DNA of 64,000 bases from Octopus sinensis (taxonomy: Eukaryota), in assembly GCF_006345805.1 (NCBI RefSeq), contig NW_021833015.1, positions 35,144-99,143 of the forward strand, in the 5' to 3' direction. The notes under the pieces were generated by a model that did no database searches, was not told the origin of the DNA, and was given only the letters and a program-made list of their open reading frames with translations. Shown here piece by piece: positions 50,203 through 64,000 of this stretch (positions are counted from its first letter, which is position 1; each line of letters begins with the position of its first letter). Both the position numbers and the translations under genes were made by a program.

Positions 50203-51036
50203 ATGCATAAATGGGTAAAAACCGTCTTCAATTATGAAGACCATGAGATTTCACCTAGAAAGTTCTCCGACGAGAGACAAGTCCGGGCAAGGTTGTTTAT
50301 GGAAGACCAGCAGTCACCCATGCATAGCAGCCTCCCCTTTCCACACCACCGATGTTATCCAAGGTAAAAGCAATGGCTGATACAGCTTGGCATCAGTAAC
50401 ATCACAACTCATTTCTACAGGTGAGTGAACGAGCAAGGTGTAGTAAATAAATGAGCTTCAAGCAATCTGTAGAAGGTATAAAAAGTAGCTTTCAGGAACA
50501 ATAGCGAGGTGCAACAGGCTGAAAAAAGTTTTGATGGAGGACCCACTGAGTTTACAAGCCATTTTCCTAACAGCAATGTAAACTTCATATAATCAAGGTA
50601 GGCATCCTTGGCCTAAAGAATAGCTTGCAGTTTTTACCACTTCCGAGGACCTTCCCAAGGGCAGACCACTGCTAAACTATATATATATACTTATTATTTA
50701 TCATATATATATACTTATTGCTTATTATATATTGTTTATTCATTTTTGTGATCTAGTTATATGTTTTAAAATTTATTTTATTTTTTAATTATGATTTGGT
50801 TTATGTCTATCATTGTTTGAATTGCATAATAGTGGTTTTTCTCTATCTCTATCTCTCTCTCTCTCTAAAAAGCACCCTCCGAACATGGCCGATGCCAGCG
50901 CCGCCTTGACTGGCTTCTGTGCCGGTGGCACGTAAAAAGCACCAACCGATCGTGGCCGCTGCCAGACTCCCCTGGCACGTAAAAAGCACCCACTACACTC
51001 ACGGAGTGGTTGGCGTTAGGAAAGGGCATCCAGCTG

Positions 51037-51085
<49 letters not shown>

Positions 51086-52059
51086 TCACACTGCTAACTA
51101 TACTAGTTGATGAGTATGGCTAAATAGCAAAAACTAGGAAGGACACATTGGATATTGTAGTCTTAGATGACCATGTCTGAAATGATAAAGTAAGACAGAA
51201 TGGTTACAGCTGGAACTACAAGACTACTCGGTTGGCAGTGGCTGGTGAGTGTGTGTGTGTGGGGGGTAGATAACAACAACAACAACTGGGAAGGACACAT
51301 TAGATAATGTAGTCTGAGGTTTACTATGCCGGACTAGATAAAAAAAAAGGACGAAAAAGGCTTTAGTGATACGTGGAATAAGTTAAGAATCTGTGAACTG
51401 TCTGTTGCGATTCTGCACACAGTCTCACATGAATAAAAGACGATTGGCACATGGGTGAGGAGATCGGTGGGTGGGACGAAACAACAACAACAACAATCTC
51501 TCTCCACACACACACACACACACACAAACACCACCCGCAGAGCAGAAGTAGAGAAAACAGTTATTTCTACAATAACAACAACAGTTACCAGCACCAGCAC
51601 CAGCAACCATAATTACAGTTGGTTATTGGGTTAAGAAGCAAGTGTCTTCTAAATTCTTGGTTGTGTGTGTGCGTGCGTGGGGGGGTGAGTGAGTGTGTGT
51701 GTAGGGGAGTCGTGTATAACTGCCAAAAAAGCAATAACCAAAAATAGACAGAGGATGAGGAAGCACTGAACGACCTCCGAGAAGTCTTACATCAATGCAA
51801 GAAATATTCTCGCAGCAGAGATCGCCAGGATGAAGTTATTAAATTAATAACGATGAATAAGAAAAATTGAAAGCGGAGGATACACTGACACACACAAACA
51901 CACACACACACAACACATATATTTATATATATGATGCAAACACATAACGTTCATATTTCTTATATACATACACGTGTATATAATCATATAGACATGTGCA
52001 CCATCATCAAAACAGACATTAAATGATGATGATGAATATATATATATATATTCATATTT

Positions 52060-52531
52060 TCATATATACATGCATGTGTATATATACATACTTACATATT
52101 TCCACATATACATGCATACATCTGTGATCATATCCATATATTCACATATACATACTTACATATCTCCACATATACATGCATACATCTGTGATCATATTTT
52201 CATGAATACATACACACACATCCATATATTCACATATACATACATGTGTATATATACATGCTTACATATCTCAACATATATATGCATACATCTGTGATCA
52301 TATTTTCATGTATACATACACACACATCTATATTTTCACATATACATACATTTGTATATATACATACTTACATATTTCCACATATACATGCATACATCTG
52401 TGATCATATTTTCATATATACATACACACACATCCATATATTCACATATACATACATGTGTATATATACATACTTACATATCTCCACATATACATGCATA
52501 CATACACACACATCTATATTTTCACATATAT

Positions 52532-52562
<31 letters not shown>

Positions 52563-52590
52563 TCCATATTTTCACATATACATACATGTG
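52060..52590. repeat. ~106-bp microsatellite-derived tandem repeat
   Basis: CATCTGTGATCAT anchor at a ~106-bp period. Confidence 0.75.
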
Positions 52591-52692
52591 TATATATACA
52601 TGTTTTCAAATACAGACACACAAATTTTCATATATACAAACATATTTTTCATATATACTGCTATAAATATATATATATATATAATATATATA

Positions 52693-52732
<40 letters not shown>

Positions 52733-53211
52733 TATAACACATATTTATACACACATTCATAATTTTATATGATGATACATGTATTTATATACATACACAC
52801 ACACACACACACAAATGTGGCAATGCTGGAGTACCTCCCGCTAGGATTTATAGTCAATTGTATTGATTGCAGTACTCATTCCACTATTGTTTTATTGATC
52901 TTTATTTATTGATCTGCTAAGTTACAGAACATAAGATGGCAACACAATTTCAACAGAAGTTAAACAGTGTGATACATGTACACAGACACACACATATACA
53001 CATACACACACACATATGTATATATTATTAATATATATATATATATTATATATATATATATATGCACACACACACAGATATATATCTAATATACATACAT
53101 AGATACATACAGATACACATGTACATAAATGTACATATACACACACAAACACATAGATATACACACACACAAATATACATGTCACACACGTATATATATA
53201 TACATACATAC

Positions 53212-53243
<32 letters not shown>

Positions 53244-53719
53244 GAAAGAGATATACACACACATGTATAGATATATATACATGTACACGCATGCACACAC
53301 ACAAATAAATAAATAAATATATATACACACATGATCACAAGGTGAGTTCAATTCCCAGCAATGCACTGTGTCCTTGGGCAAGACACTTTATTTCACTTTG
53401 CTTCAGTCCACTCAGCTGGCAAAATTGAATTGTACCTGTATTTCAAAGGGCCAGCCTTGTCATATTTTGTGTCACACTGGACCTCCCTGAGAACTATGTT
53501 ATGGGTACACGTGTCTGTGGAGTACTCAGCCACTTGCACGTTAATTTCACAAGCAGGCCGCTCCATGGATCGGATCAACCGGAAGCCTTGTCATCATAAC
53601 AAACGAAGTGTCACAATACACACATATATACACACACATATGTATATCTACATACATACATACGCACATCGAAATATACACATATTCATGCATATATATA
53701 TATATATATATATATAGAT

Positions 53720-53753
<34 letters not shown>

Positions 53754-53842
53754 GATAGATAGATAGATAGATGCATACAAATGCACAAACACACATCCTC
53801 TACCGAAATGTCATCGATGTCTGGCAGATCAACCAGGGGCAA

Positions 53843-54760
53843 TTGCTCCAGCTCCCCTTCAGGGTTGGTGAAAGCGATGTTGTGGACAACGAAAAACCTG
53901 GCTGATGACAGTCAAGGCTGATCTGGAACCTGACCTACGAAGCAATGGCCCCCATCTCCCCTTCAGGGTTGGTGAAAGCGATGTGGTGGACAACGAAAAA
54001 CCTGGCTGATGACAGTCAAGGCTGATCTGGAACCCAACCCACGAAGCAATTGCACCAGCTCCCCTTCAGGGTTGGCGAAAGCAATGTGATGGACAATGAA
54101 AGACCTGGCTGATGACAGTCAAGGCTGATCTGGAACCCAACCCACGAAGCAATTGCTCCAGCTCCCATTCAGGGTTGGCGAAAGCAATGTGGTGGACAAC
54201 GAAAATCCTGGCTGATGACAGTCAAGGCTGATCTGGAACCCAACCTACGAAGCAATGGCCCCAGCTCCCCTTCAGGGTTGGTGAAAGCGATGTGGTGGAC
54301 AACGAAAAACCTGGCTGATGACAGTCAAGGCTGGTCTGGAACCCGACCTACGAAGCAATTGCACCAGCTCCCCTTCAGGGTTGGTGAAAGCGATGTGGTG
54401 GACAACAAAAAACCTGACTGATGACAGTCAAGGCTGATCTGGAACCCAACCTACGAAGCAATGGCCCCCATCTCCCCTTCATGGTTGGCGAAAGCGATGT
54501 GGTGGACAACGAAAAACCTGGCTGATGACAGTCAAGGCTGATCTGGAACCCAACCCACGAAGCAATTGCACCAGCTCCCCTTCAGGGTTGGCGAAAGCGA
54601 TGTGGTGGACAACGAAAAACCTGGCTGATGACAGTCAAGGCTGGTCTGGAACCCAACCCACGAAGCAATTGCACCAGCTCCCCTTCGGGGTTGGCGAAAG
54701 CGATGTGGTGGACAACGAAAAACCTGGCTGATGACAGTCAAGGCTGATCTGGAACCAAAC
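53843..54760. repeat. GC-rich 103-bp minisatellite, 9 copies
   Basis: CTGATGACAGTCAAGG anchor at about 53901, 54005, 54108, 54211, 54314, 54417, 54521, 54624 and 54727. Confidence 0.92.
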
Positions 54761-54944
54761 CTAGGCCGTCCATATCTATGGCGTTTGCCGCTGGAATAAG
54801 GAATGGTTGGAGAGATAATGCGGTTGTTATCAAAGCACAGAGAATCTGAACAAATACCACAAAGCATTTTATCCAATGCTCTAACAACTCTTCCACTTCA
54901 CCACTTTGGCTTGGAAACCACTACTTCAGAAAATCTTTCCTATA

Positions 54945-55107
54945 GACACAGGAGTGGCTGTGTGGTAAGTAGCTTGCTAACCAGTCACATGGTTCCGGGT
55001 TCAGTCCCACTGCGTGGCATCTTGGGCAAGTGTCTTCTGCTATAGCCCCGGGCCGACCAATGCCTTGTGAGTGGATTTGGTAGACGGAAACTGAAAGAAG
55101 CCCGTCG

Positions 55108-55153
<46 letters not shown>

Positions 55154-55360
55154 GTGTATGTGTTTCTCCCCCCTAGCAATGCTTGACAACCGATGCTGGT
55201 GTGTTTACGTCCCCGTCACTTAGCGGTTCAGCAAAAGAGACCGATAGAATAAGTACTGGGCTTACAAATGAATAAGTCCCGGGGTCGATTTGCTCGACTA
55301 AAGGCGGTGCTCCAGCATGGCCGCAGTCAAATGACTGAAACAAAAGAGAGTAAAGAGAGA
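54945..55360 (+). mobile_element. SINE family A copy (plus orientation)
   Basis: Same family motifs. Confidence 0.85.
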
Positions 55361-57107
55361 GTAATGCTTGAGCAAAAAAAAAAACAAAGAAAGAAAGAAA
55401 AACCCATACGTTCTTCATAATTTCATTAAAAAAGATTAATAATAATAATAAAGAAAATAATTATACTTCAAGATGATTAACAAAGTAAACAGTAGTTTGC
55501 TCTGTTTTTTACTAAAATTTTTAGATGAATTTTCTTTCAGAACTTTTAAATATTTCCAGGGGCACCGTTAATTGATTTTGCTGAAACCATGTGGCTTCGC
55601 AACCACATGGTTTCAGGTTCAGTCCTACTGTGTAACAATCTTGGGCAACTGACTTCTAAGACCACCTTGAACCAAAGATGAATAGCAAAGTTGACTTCAG
55701 CAGGATTTGAACTCAGGGTCTAAAGAGTTGAAACAAGTGCCACATAACAGCTCCAGTGCGATGTTCTTACGGTTCTACCAACTTGTTGCCCTGGGTTCGT
55801 ATGTTTATGAACCCTGACATAAGATAAAAAGTAAAGACCGACTTTGGTGGGATTTGAACTCAAAGCCTCAAGCAGATTTGATTGACAGAAACCAAAAGAA
55901 ATCCGAGGGACTGCATCTGCTTGTGAAGCGCCAGTTTGGGAGCTCTGGAGTTGTAAGAAGCATGGTCACCTTTTAACTACCGTAATAACTCATAGATCTG
56001 CTCTGACCCCGACCAGTAGCATCTATCAAATTTCCAGCTATGGGTTAATAAATTTCCCAAGGGTAGACAAGGCGCCCATTATTTTTGACAAAGTCCTAAA
56101 GAGGGTAGTTCTTCCAGAGGAAGATACTAGCACCAGTTGAAATACTACTGTCACCATGACAACCAAGAGTGGCAAAAGTGTTGTACAGTGGTCCCTTGCT
56201 TCTTCGCGGTTCAACTATCGCAGATTCATGACTTCGTAGATTTTAAAAACACACACACACACACACATATATATATATGTGATGATAGCTGTCAGAAAAA
56301 GTGCGGGCTAAAACTACGCGCCTTCATTAGTCAGTTAAGGTGAGACAGTGTCACGTGACAACTTGCTGGGGCTGCCTGCTGGAGCCTATGTGGCAGGTAT
56401 TTAAAGGATAAATTTGAAAAGACAGTCAGTCACCGGCTGACACTCGCTGACGATACATCGAAGAGGCCAGGAACAGAAGAAAGAAGAGAAGAAGACATGC
56501 ACCTAACACCAGAGCTGAAGACCCTCCGAAATGGGGGGGGGGGGCAACGTCCAAAACGGTAGAGGAGTAGGGGCCGAAACCGAACGTGGTTCCTCCTGAT
56601 GATGTCTTGAGCTAACTGGATCCTATAAGGAGCTGTTGTGGTAGCAGACCACGAAACACGGTTGTAATTCCTCAGGAAAGTATCATATATATGCATGTGA
56701 GTGTGTCTTGTGTCTCTCTCCCTCTTTCCTTTTGACATCACGTGATAGCTGTAAATGAGTGTCACTGTCACACAAGCAGTGTTGTTTCCTCTCAATCCTC
56801 CATAAAATATACATATCTGGTCAAGGGGAAATATGACCTTGCATGGAAACAAGGTGAATGTTGGTGACAGTAAAGGTACCCAACCACAGAAAACACGCCT
56901 GGACAAATTCTACTTGGGACATGCAAGCATGGAAAACTGGACATTATAACAATGAGATCCTAGGGATTTGAGAACCATTGGTGGCTTAATTGAATTTCCG
57001 CGAAGTAGGGACACCATATTTACAGTATTTATTTAACATGTATTTGGACTTTTAAAACCCTCCCTGTACTATTAACAACCCACCCATCACAGTAGTCTAT
57101 TAATATA

Positions 57108-57509
57108 TTTCTTTACTACCCACAAGGGCTAACACAAGAGGACAAACAAGGAGAGACACACGGATTGTCGATTACATCGCCCCCAGTGTGTAAACTGGTA
57201 CTTAATTTATCGACCCCGAAAGGATGAAAGGCAAAGTCGACCTCGGCGGAATTTGAACTCAGAACGTAGCGACAGATTAACCTATTTCTTTAACTACCCC
57301 ACAAGGGGCTAAACACAAGAGGGGACAAACAATGACAACAAACGATTAAGTCGATTACATCGACTCCAGTGTGTAACTGGTACTAACTTTATCACCCCGA
57401 AAGGATGAAAGGCAAAGTGGACCTCGGCGGAATTTGAACTCAGAACGTAACGGCAGACGAAATACTGCTACGCATTTCGCCCGGCGTGCTAGCGATTCTG
57501 CCAGCTCGT
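57108..57509 (-). mobile_element. SINE family B dimer (indel-rich)
   Basis: Same family motifs. Confidence 0.75.
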
Positions 57510-57939
57510 CAAGGACAACGTTTAAGCAATAACATTTTCAAACTTTGTCAGATGTCATGAGGGAAATTTCATTCTGTCCATGGGCGGGATGAGGATGGCA
57601 GAGTGCCCCACAGGATCAAAAACTGACTTGAGGTTAAAAAATAACAAGGAAGGGCTCATTGTGAATCATACAAAAAAAAAAGAAAAAAACTTTTTTAATT
57701 TTTAAAAAGGCAGGATAGTTAACAGCTGGTCACTGGGATGGTCACAGCTGGAACACCTTTGACCATAGGCCTGCTCAAACAGCAACAGCTGGGAGGAAAA
57801 GGATTGCTAAACGACAGTAAAAACAACTAATAGAAAACAAACAGGGCATGTTGTACAGATATGTTTATATATATTTATATAGGGAGAAATATATGTACAC
57901 AAATACATATGAACATGTTAATTATGTGTATGTACGCAT

Positions 57940-58010
57940 ATATATATGTGTGTGTGTGTGTGTATATATATATATGATGTGTGTATATATATATATATAT
58001 GATGTGTGTG

Positions 58011-58053
<43 letters not shown>

Positions 58054-58277
58054 ATATGTGTGTGTGTGTGTATATATATGTATGTATATATGTGTATGAT
58101 AATATATATATGTGTGTGTGATATATATATATGTGTGCGTATATATATATGTGTATGTATATATATTGTGTGTATGTATATATATATATGGTGGTGTGTA
58201 TATATGTGTATGTATATATATATGTGTGTATGTATATATATATATAATATATATGTGTTGTATATATATATATAATG

Positions 58278-58328
<51 letters not shown>

Positions 58329-58706
58329 TATATAATATGTGTGTGTATATTATATAGTGTGTGTATATATGTAATATATATATGTGTGTGTATATATATA
58401 GTTGTGTGTGTGTGTTATATGTGTGTGTGTGTAATATATATATGGTGTGTGTGTATATATCTAATATGTGTGTGTGTGTATAATATATATGTGTGTTGTG
58501 TGTATATATATGTGTGTAGTATATATCTATATATGTGTGTTATGTATATATATATATATGTGTGTATGTATATATATATATATGTTGTATATATTATATA
58601 TATATGCATGTGTATATATTATATATATATGCATGTGTGTATATATATATATATGCATGGTGTGTATATATATATATATATATATATAGATATATATGTA
58701 TATATA

Positions 58707-58751
<45 letters not shown>

Positions 58752-59140
58752 TATATATATATATATGTATTATATATATATATATATATATATGTATAAT
58801 ATATATATATATATATATGTATATTAATATCATATATATATAGGTGTGTGTATATATATATGTGTGGTGTATATATGTATATAATATGTGTGTGTATATA
58901 TATATGTGTGTGTACATATGTATATATTATATATGTGTGTGTGTGTGTATATATGTGTGTGTGTATTATATATGTGTGTGTGTATATATCTATTGTTGTG
59001 GATGTATATATATATATATATTGTTTGTATGTATATATATAATATATTATGCATGTGTATATATATATATGCATTGTAATATATATGTATGTATATGTGT
59101 GTATATATATATATATGTGTGTATGTATATATATGAACAT
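57940..59140. repeat. ~1.2-kb (TA)n/(TG)n compound microsatellite
   Basis: Direct inspection; source of many spurious YI/CV ORFs. Confidence 0.95.
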
Positions 59141-59161
59141 GTTTGATGTGTGTATGGATTA

Positions 59162-59344
<183 letters not shown>

Positions 59345-59486
59345 TTAATTAGTGATAAATTATATATCAATGTCATTATAAACATGTTTTTCACTCAACA
59401 ATCATGTGTTTAATAATTAGTGTGTTGGTGGTGGTCGTGGTGTCAGGAGGAGGGGTATCGTATTTTGTTCTTTGGAATTGTACCAG

Positions 59487-59524
<38 letters not shown>

Positions 59525-59549
59525 CACACAAACATACACACATATATAT

Positions 59550-59985
59550 ATCCCCAAGGACATACTCTACGGAGAGCTTGCTAGGGGTACTAGGTCTGTG
59601 GGTAGACCCTGCTCTTACGTTACAAGGATGTTTGCAAAAGGGACATGAAGGCCTGCAACATCAACATTAGCGGTTGGGAGGCAGTTGCCGGCAACCGTGG
59701 AGAATGGTGACATACGGTAAAAGAGGGAATACAAAGGAGTGACAGAGAGAGAGAGAGGAGAAATGGAAAGACAAGAAAAGACGTCAACAAGAAAATATGG
59801 CATTACAACCAGCCAGGAACAGTCTTCGCTACATTTGCAGTACCTGCCAGAGGGAGCGTTTGTCCAGGATAGGACTACACAGCCACAGCAGGAAATGTAT
59901 CAGGACATGAAATGTAAAAGCCGAACTAGACTACTTTATGCGCAACTCCATTGTCTCTCGAGACAAAAAGGATGCCAACCAACCA
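59550..59985 (+). mobile_element. 5'-truncated RTE-clade LINE, second subfamily
   Basis: IPKDILYGELARGTRSVGRP(fs)LRYKDVCKRDMKACNINISGWEAVAGNRGEW*...ICSTCQRERLSRIGLHSHSRKC. 3'UTR ends CCATTGTCTCTCGAGACAAAAAGGATGCC(AACC)n. Confidence 0.85.
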
Positions 59986-60897
59986 CATAGTTGTTTCAGT
60001 CATTTGACTGTGGCCATGCTGGAGCACCGCTTTAGTCAAGCAAATCAACCACAGGACTTATTCTTTGTAAGCCTAGTAGTTATTCTATCGATCTCTTTTG
60101 CCAAACCGCTATGTTACGGGGACACAAACACACGAGCATCGGTTGTCAAGCAATGTTGGAGTGACAAACACACACATATATATACATATATACGATGGGC
60201 TTCTTTCAGTTTCCGTCTAGCAAATCCACTCACAAGGCTTTGGTCGGCCCGAGGCTATAGTAGAAGACACTTGCCCAAACCAGAGCAGTTTCCGCTCTTG
60301 GACACTGCCTCTAATTCCTCTCTTACGTAACTTTTCTCTCAATATACTAGCACTCTGTCACCCATGTACACTGACATTGCACATCCAGCAAAGCATACAT
60401 ACACACACAATAGGATTCTTTCAGCTTCCATCTACCAAATCCACTCACATGGCTTTGGTCAGCCTGAGACTATTGTAGAAGAGACATGCCCAAGGTGCCA
60501 TGCGGTGGGACTGAACCTGGAACCATGTGGCTGAGAAGTAGACTACTTACCACACAGCCACATGTTTGTATAATTAATGTTAAAATATACGCCGACATCT
60601 TCTGAGAACCATGGAAATTCACAGGCCTACATCCAGCATACCCCCTGTATCAAACTGTCATTCTTGTGTCTCATGACCGAAAGAAACCTATCATGCGTGT
60701 GTGTGTGTGTGTGTGTGTGGTGTGTGTGTGTGTGTGCAGTTAAAAATTTGCCTCCCAACCATATGGTCTTGGGTCCTGTCCCACCGAATGGTACCTCAGG
60801 CAAGAGTCTTCTACCATAGTCCCCTGGGTCAACAAAAGCCTTGAGAGTGGATTTGACAGACACCAAAAGAAACTCATCATGTGTGTGCGTGTGTGAT

Positions 60898-60928
<31 letters not shown>

Positions 60929-60969
60929 TGTGTGCATTGTTGTCACCTTGCCTTGACGTCATGCGATAA

Positions 60970-61339
60970 TCTCTCTCTATATAAACGGCAGTTTGTCTGT
61001 GCGTGTTTCTGGTGTCTGTTTTTCTCGTACCCTCACCCTGACCACGGCTTTCAACCGATTCTGATGAACTTGACACACCATAGCCCAATGTCATAATTCA
61101 AAACTAACGCAGCGAAAATTTGAAAAGCTCCCCCAGTTCTGAAAAAAATCGATAAATTGCGACAGGGGTCGAGAATCAGAACCCAAACCACAGACCGTCT
61201 AGGGGACGCAACTCCACCTTTTTTAACTCTCAAAAAAATTTACATCGCCATTTTTTTGCTATTTTTTGGCTATAACTCTCTAAAAATGCTTTATAGTTTT
61301 TTCCCCTACAACCCAAGCAACGCCGGGCGATACTGCTAG
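60970..61339 (+). mobile_element. Complete non-autonomous Helitron, 370 bp
   Basis: A|TCTCTCTCTATATAAACGGCAG...GCAACGCCGGGCGATACTGCTAG|T. Splits an older repeat also seen near 56730-56940. Confidence 0.85.
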
Positions 61340-61558
61340 TCATAAATAAGTGTCACTGCCCCCTGCAAGATCCGCCTTTCATCGCCAACTTCCGTGAAAA
61401 CATGCCTGTCACAGAGAACATTACTTCTCGCTTGGAGACAAGAGAGGGTCGGTGACAGGAAGACATCCACCCATACAAAATAACCTGCCTCAACAAATTT
61501 CGTCTGATACAGGCAAGCATAGAAAAGTGGGCGTTTTATATATGTGGAATATAATATA

Positions 61559-62347
61559 TCTCTTCTCTCTATATATAAACGGCAGTTTTGTCTGTCTGTG
61601 TGTCTCTCAGGTGTACCCTCACCCTCACCCACGGCTTCAAAACCGATTCTGATGAAACTTGACACACACATAGCGCAATGTCATAATTCAAAACTAACGC
61701 AGCGAAAATTTGAAAATTCCCCCAGTTCTGAAAACAAATCGCTAAATTCGACAGGGTCGAGAATCTAAGCTTTTTATATGCACACATTTTCTACAGACTG
61801 TCTAGGGGACGCAACTCGACCTTTTAATCTAACTCTCAACACTGGGTAAGTATCCCAAAATGTATAAAAATGTACAAAAACGGCAAAAAAGCGGGCAGCA
61901 ATGTGGGTGACAACAACGAAAAAGTCAAAAGTGACCAAACTGAACCAACAATTGAAAAGGTTTTTTTGGTGCACACGACAAAAGCGGTTTATAATAAACC
62001 AAGAGTTTGCAAGTAGCATCCGAGGACCCTTAGGTGCGTCAAAATAAGGTAAAAACGTTTGGGGTGGTAGTTATAAAGAAGTGTAAACAAAAAAAGTATT
62101 CGAATAACTTGGCGGCTGCAGCACTATTAGCAGAATGTTGGGGGTAAAGTCTCGAATGTAATTTCTTTTCCTGGTAGGAATTGGTTGGGTTGAATTATCG
62201 ATAGCTGTGTTGATAGTTATTGGGAGTGAAGAAACATTGCAAACCTACCATGCGCCTTCGTTCCCTAGAGGGAAAGGATTAGATTGGGATTAGTCGTTGC
62301 CTACTAGGTGCTCTCATATTCCGGGCAACGCCGGGCTATTCTGCTAG
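61559..62347 (+). mobile_element. Non-autonomous Helitron, ~790 bp, with ~500 bp of extra internal DNA
   Basis: Shares the 5' ~270 bp with 60970-61339; ends CCGGGCAACGCCGGGCTATTCTGCTAG|T. Confidence 0.8.
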
Positions 62348-62888
62348 TATATATATTATATATATATAACTATATAATAAAGGCTGTTATCCAGTATGGC
62401 TAAAACAACGCCTAAATTATATGAATTGTCATGAATAGACAGAATTGCTATACTAATTAAAAGAGTAACATTCAAACCGTTGATTATCTGGAAACGTATT
62501 TTAAATCACAAAGCGCCACCTATTATACACTTAAATTAACAGTTAGTTTGTGGAGTCTACTCGAAACATTAACTGACAATTAAGTAATTATCCTTTTACC
62601 AATTTACTAATGACAATAATTGGACAGCGACCATGCTGGGGCACTGACTTCAAAGGAATTTTTTTTTTTTAGTTGATTATATGAACCACACTCTTTTTTT
62701 TTTTTTCCCCCTCTTTTACTTGTTTCAGTCATTTGACTGCGGCCATGCTGGAGCACCACCTTTAATCGTGCAACTCGACCCCGGGACTTATTCTTTTTTT
62801 TCGTAAGCCCAGTACTTATTCTATCGGTCTCTTTTGCCGAACCGCTAAGTAACGGGGACATAAACACACCAGCTTAGAAAATATGAGG

Positions 62889-62997
62889 GACCGCTGCAAT
62901 AAGTTTGTGAATCTGAGAGGGAAATATCTTGAATAAAATCATAATTAACAATATTTTCTTTCCCATAAAGCCAGGAACTTTTTCAGCACCCCCTTGA
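62889..62997 (+). mobile_element. mariner transposon 3' remnant
   Basis: DRCNKFVNLRGKYLE* (62889-62936) resembles the mariner RWxKCxxxxGxYxE* terminus; TIR-like AAGCCAGGAACTTTTTCAGCACCCCC follows. Confidence 0.6.
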
Positions 62998-63045
62998 AAA
63001 AACAGTTAGGTATGAATAAGGCTAATCTTTCCAACAAGGCCATGT

Positions 63046-63080
<35 letters not shown>

Positions 63081-63334
63081 ATCGATAAGCTGAATTTCAG
63101 CCAATTACTTTAAAAAATAAATAAATAAATAAAAATAAATTAAAATATTGTTGCTGTTATTTTTTTTTTTTGTTTGTATTGTTTCATGTTTGTGTATTCT
63201 ACTTTAACTTTGAACAAAAACGGTGACACTCTGCTTTCTGGTTTTGTTACGTGTTAAAACATCACGGGAAGCTCATTACATATAATGTACCACGCAAAAA
63301 GTAACACACATTTTGATGAGAGTTTCTACAACTA

Positions 63335-64000
63335 ATGGAAACTGCAGTTGTGATCCCTGTGCCGGTGGCACGTAAGAGCACCATCCGAACGTGGCCGATG
63401 CCAGCGTCGCCTAGACTGGCTTCTGTGCTGGTGACATGTAAAAGCACCATCCGAACGTGGCCGATGCCATCGCCGCCTAGACTGGCTTCCGGCTGGTGAC
63501 ATGTAAAAGCACCAATCCGATCGTTGGCTGATGCCAGTGACGCTAGACTGGCTTCCGTACGTGGCTGATGCCAGGCCGGCTAGACTGGCTTCCGTGTCGG
63601 TGACACGTAAAAAGCACCATCCGAACGTGGCCAATGCCAGCGCCGCGCTTTGATTGGATCCGTGTCATGACACGTAAAAAGCACCATCCGAACCTGGCCA
63701 ATGCCAGCATCGGCTTCCGTGCCGGTGAACGTAAAAAGCACCAATCCTAACGTGGCCGATGCCACAGCCCGCCTAGACTGGCTTCCGTGCCGGTGACATG
63801 TAAAAAGCACCATCCGAACGGGGCCGATGCCATCGCGCCTAGACTGCTTCCGTGCGTGACATGTAAAAGCACCATCCGAACGTGGCTGATGCCAGCGCTG
63901 CCTAGACTGGCTTCCGTGCCGGTGACATGTAAAAAGCACCATCCGAACGTGGCCGATGCCAGCGCCGCCTAGACTAGCTTCCGTGTTGGTGACATGTACG
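63335..64000 (+). mobile_element. Family C internal array (>=9 units of ~62-66 bp) running off the window end
   Basis: AAAGCACCATCCGAACGTGGCCGATGCC anchor. Confidence 0.8.

Noticed and set aside
50450-50660. Possible decayed coding fragment
   Set aside because: Stops in all three plus-strand frames I read, and no recognisable motif.
53843-54760. Hammerhead in the 103-bp repeat (CTGATGA and GAAA in every unit)
   Set aside because: No helix II closes between CTGATGA and either GAAA in any permutation I tried.
56560-56680. Hammerhead in the 56.3-kb insert
   Set aside because: A GTGGT/ACCAC-GAAAC hairpin exists, but the preceding core reads CTGTT, and the true CTGATGA is too far away and unpaired.

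Overview
Repeat-dense eukaryotic genomic DNA. The SINE/LINE families, very long (TA)n/(CA)n tracts and the one host gene point to an octopod cephalopod (Octopus-like); this is inferred, not proven. The only host coding sequence I can support is two minus-strand exons of an NR1F nuclear receptor (HR3/ROR): zinc finger 1 (59213-59298, 86 nt) and zinc finger 2 (23815-23956, 142 nt), with canonical AG/GT boundaries and a 35,256-nt intron between them. No further exon was found, so probably the whole window lies inside this gene. The rest is intronic: tRNA-derived SINE families (one forming recurrent ~183-bp multimers); 5'-truncated LINEs (CR1, two RTE types, Tx1-like, R4/Dong-like); an RTE-like 3'UTR family with expanding ~60-bp arrays; non-autonomous Helitrons; piggyBac-, Kolobok- and hAT-type MITEs; a mariner end; and minisatellites. 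The most unusual signal is five minimal type-I hammerhead-ribozyme folds from three unrelated small repeat families. All lie on the strand of the HR3/ROR pre-mRNA, and three carry the same non-canonical CCGACGA (U4C) core. Nearly all ORFs in the supplied track are microsatellite artefacts. Repeat boundaries are read by eye (about +/-10-20 bp); exon and hairpin coordinates were counted exactly. Some indels after ~57 kb could be assembly noise.
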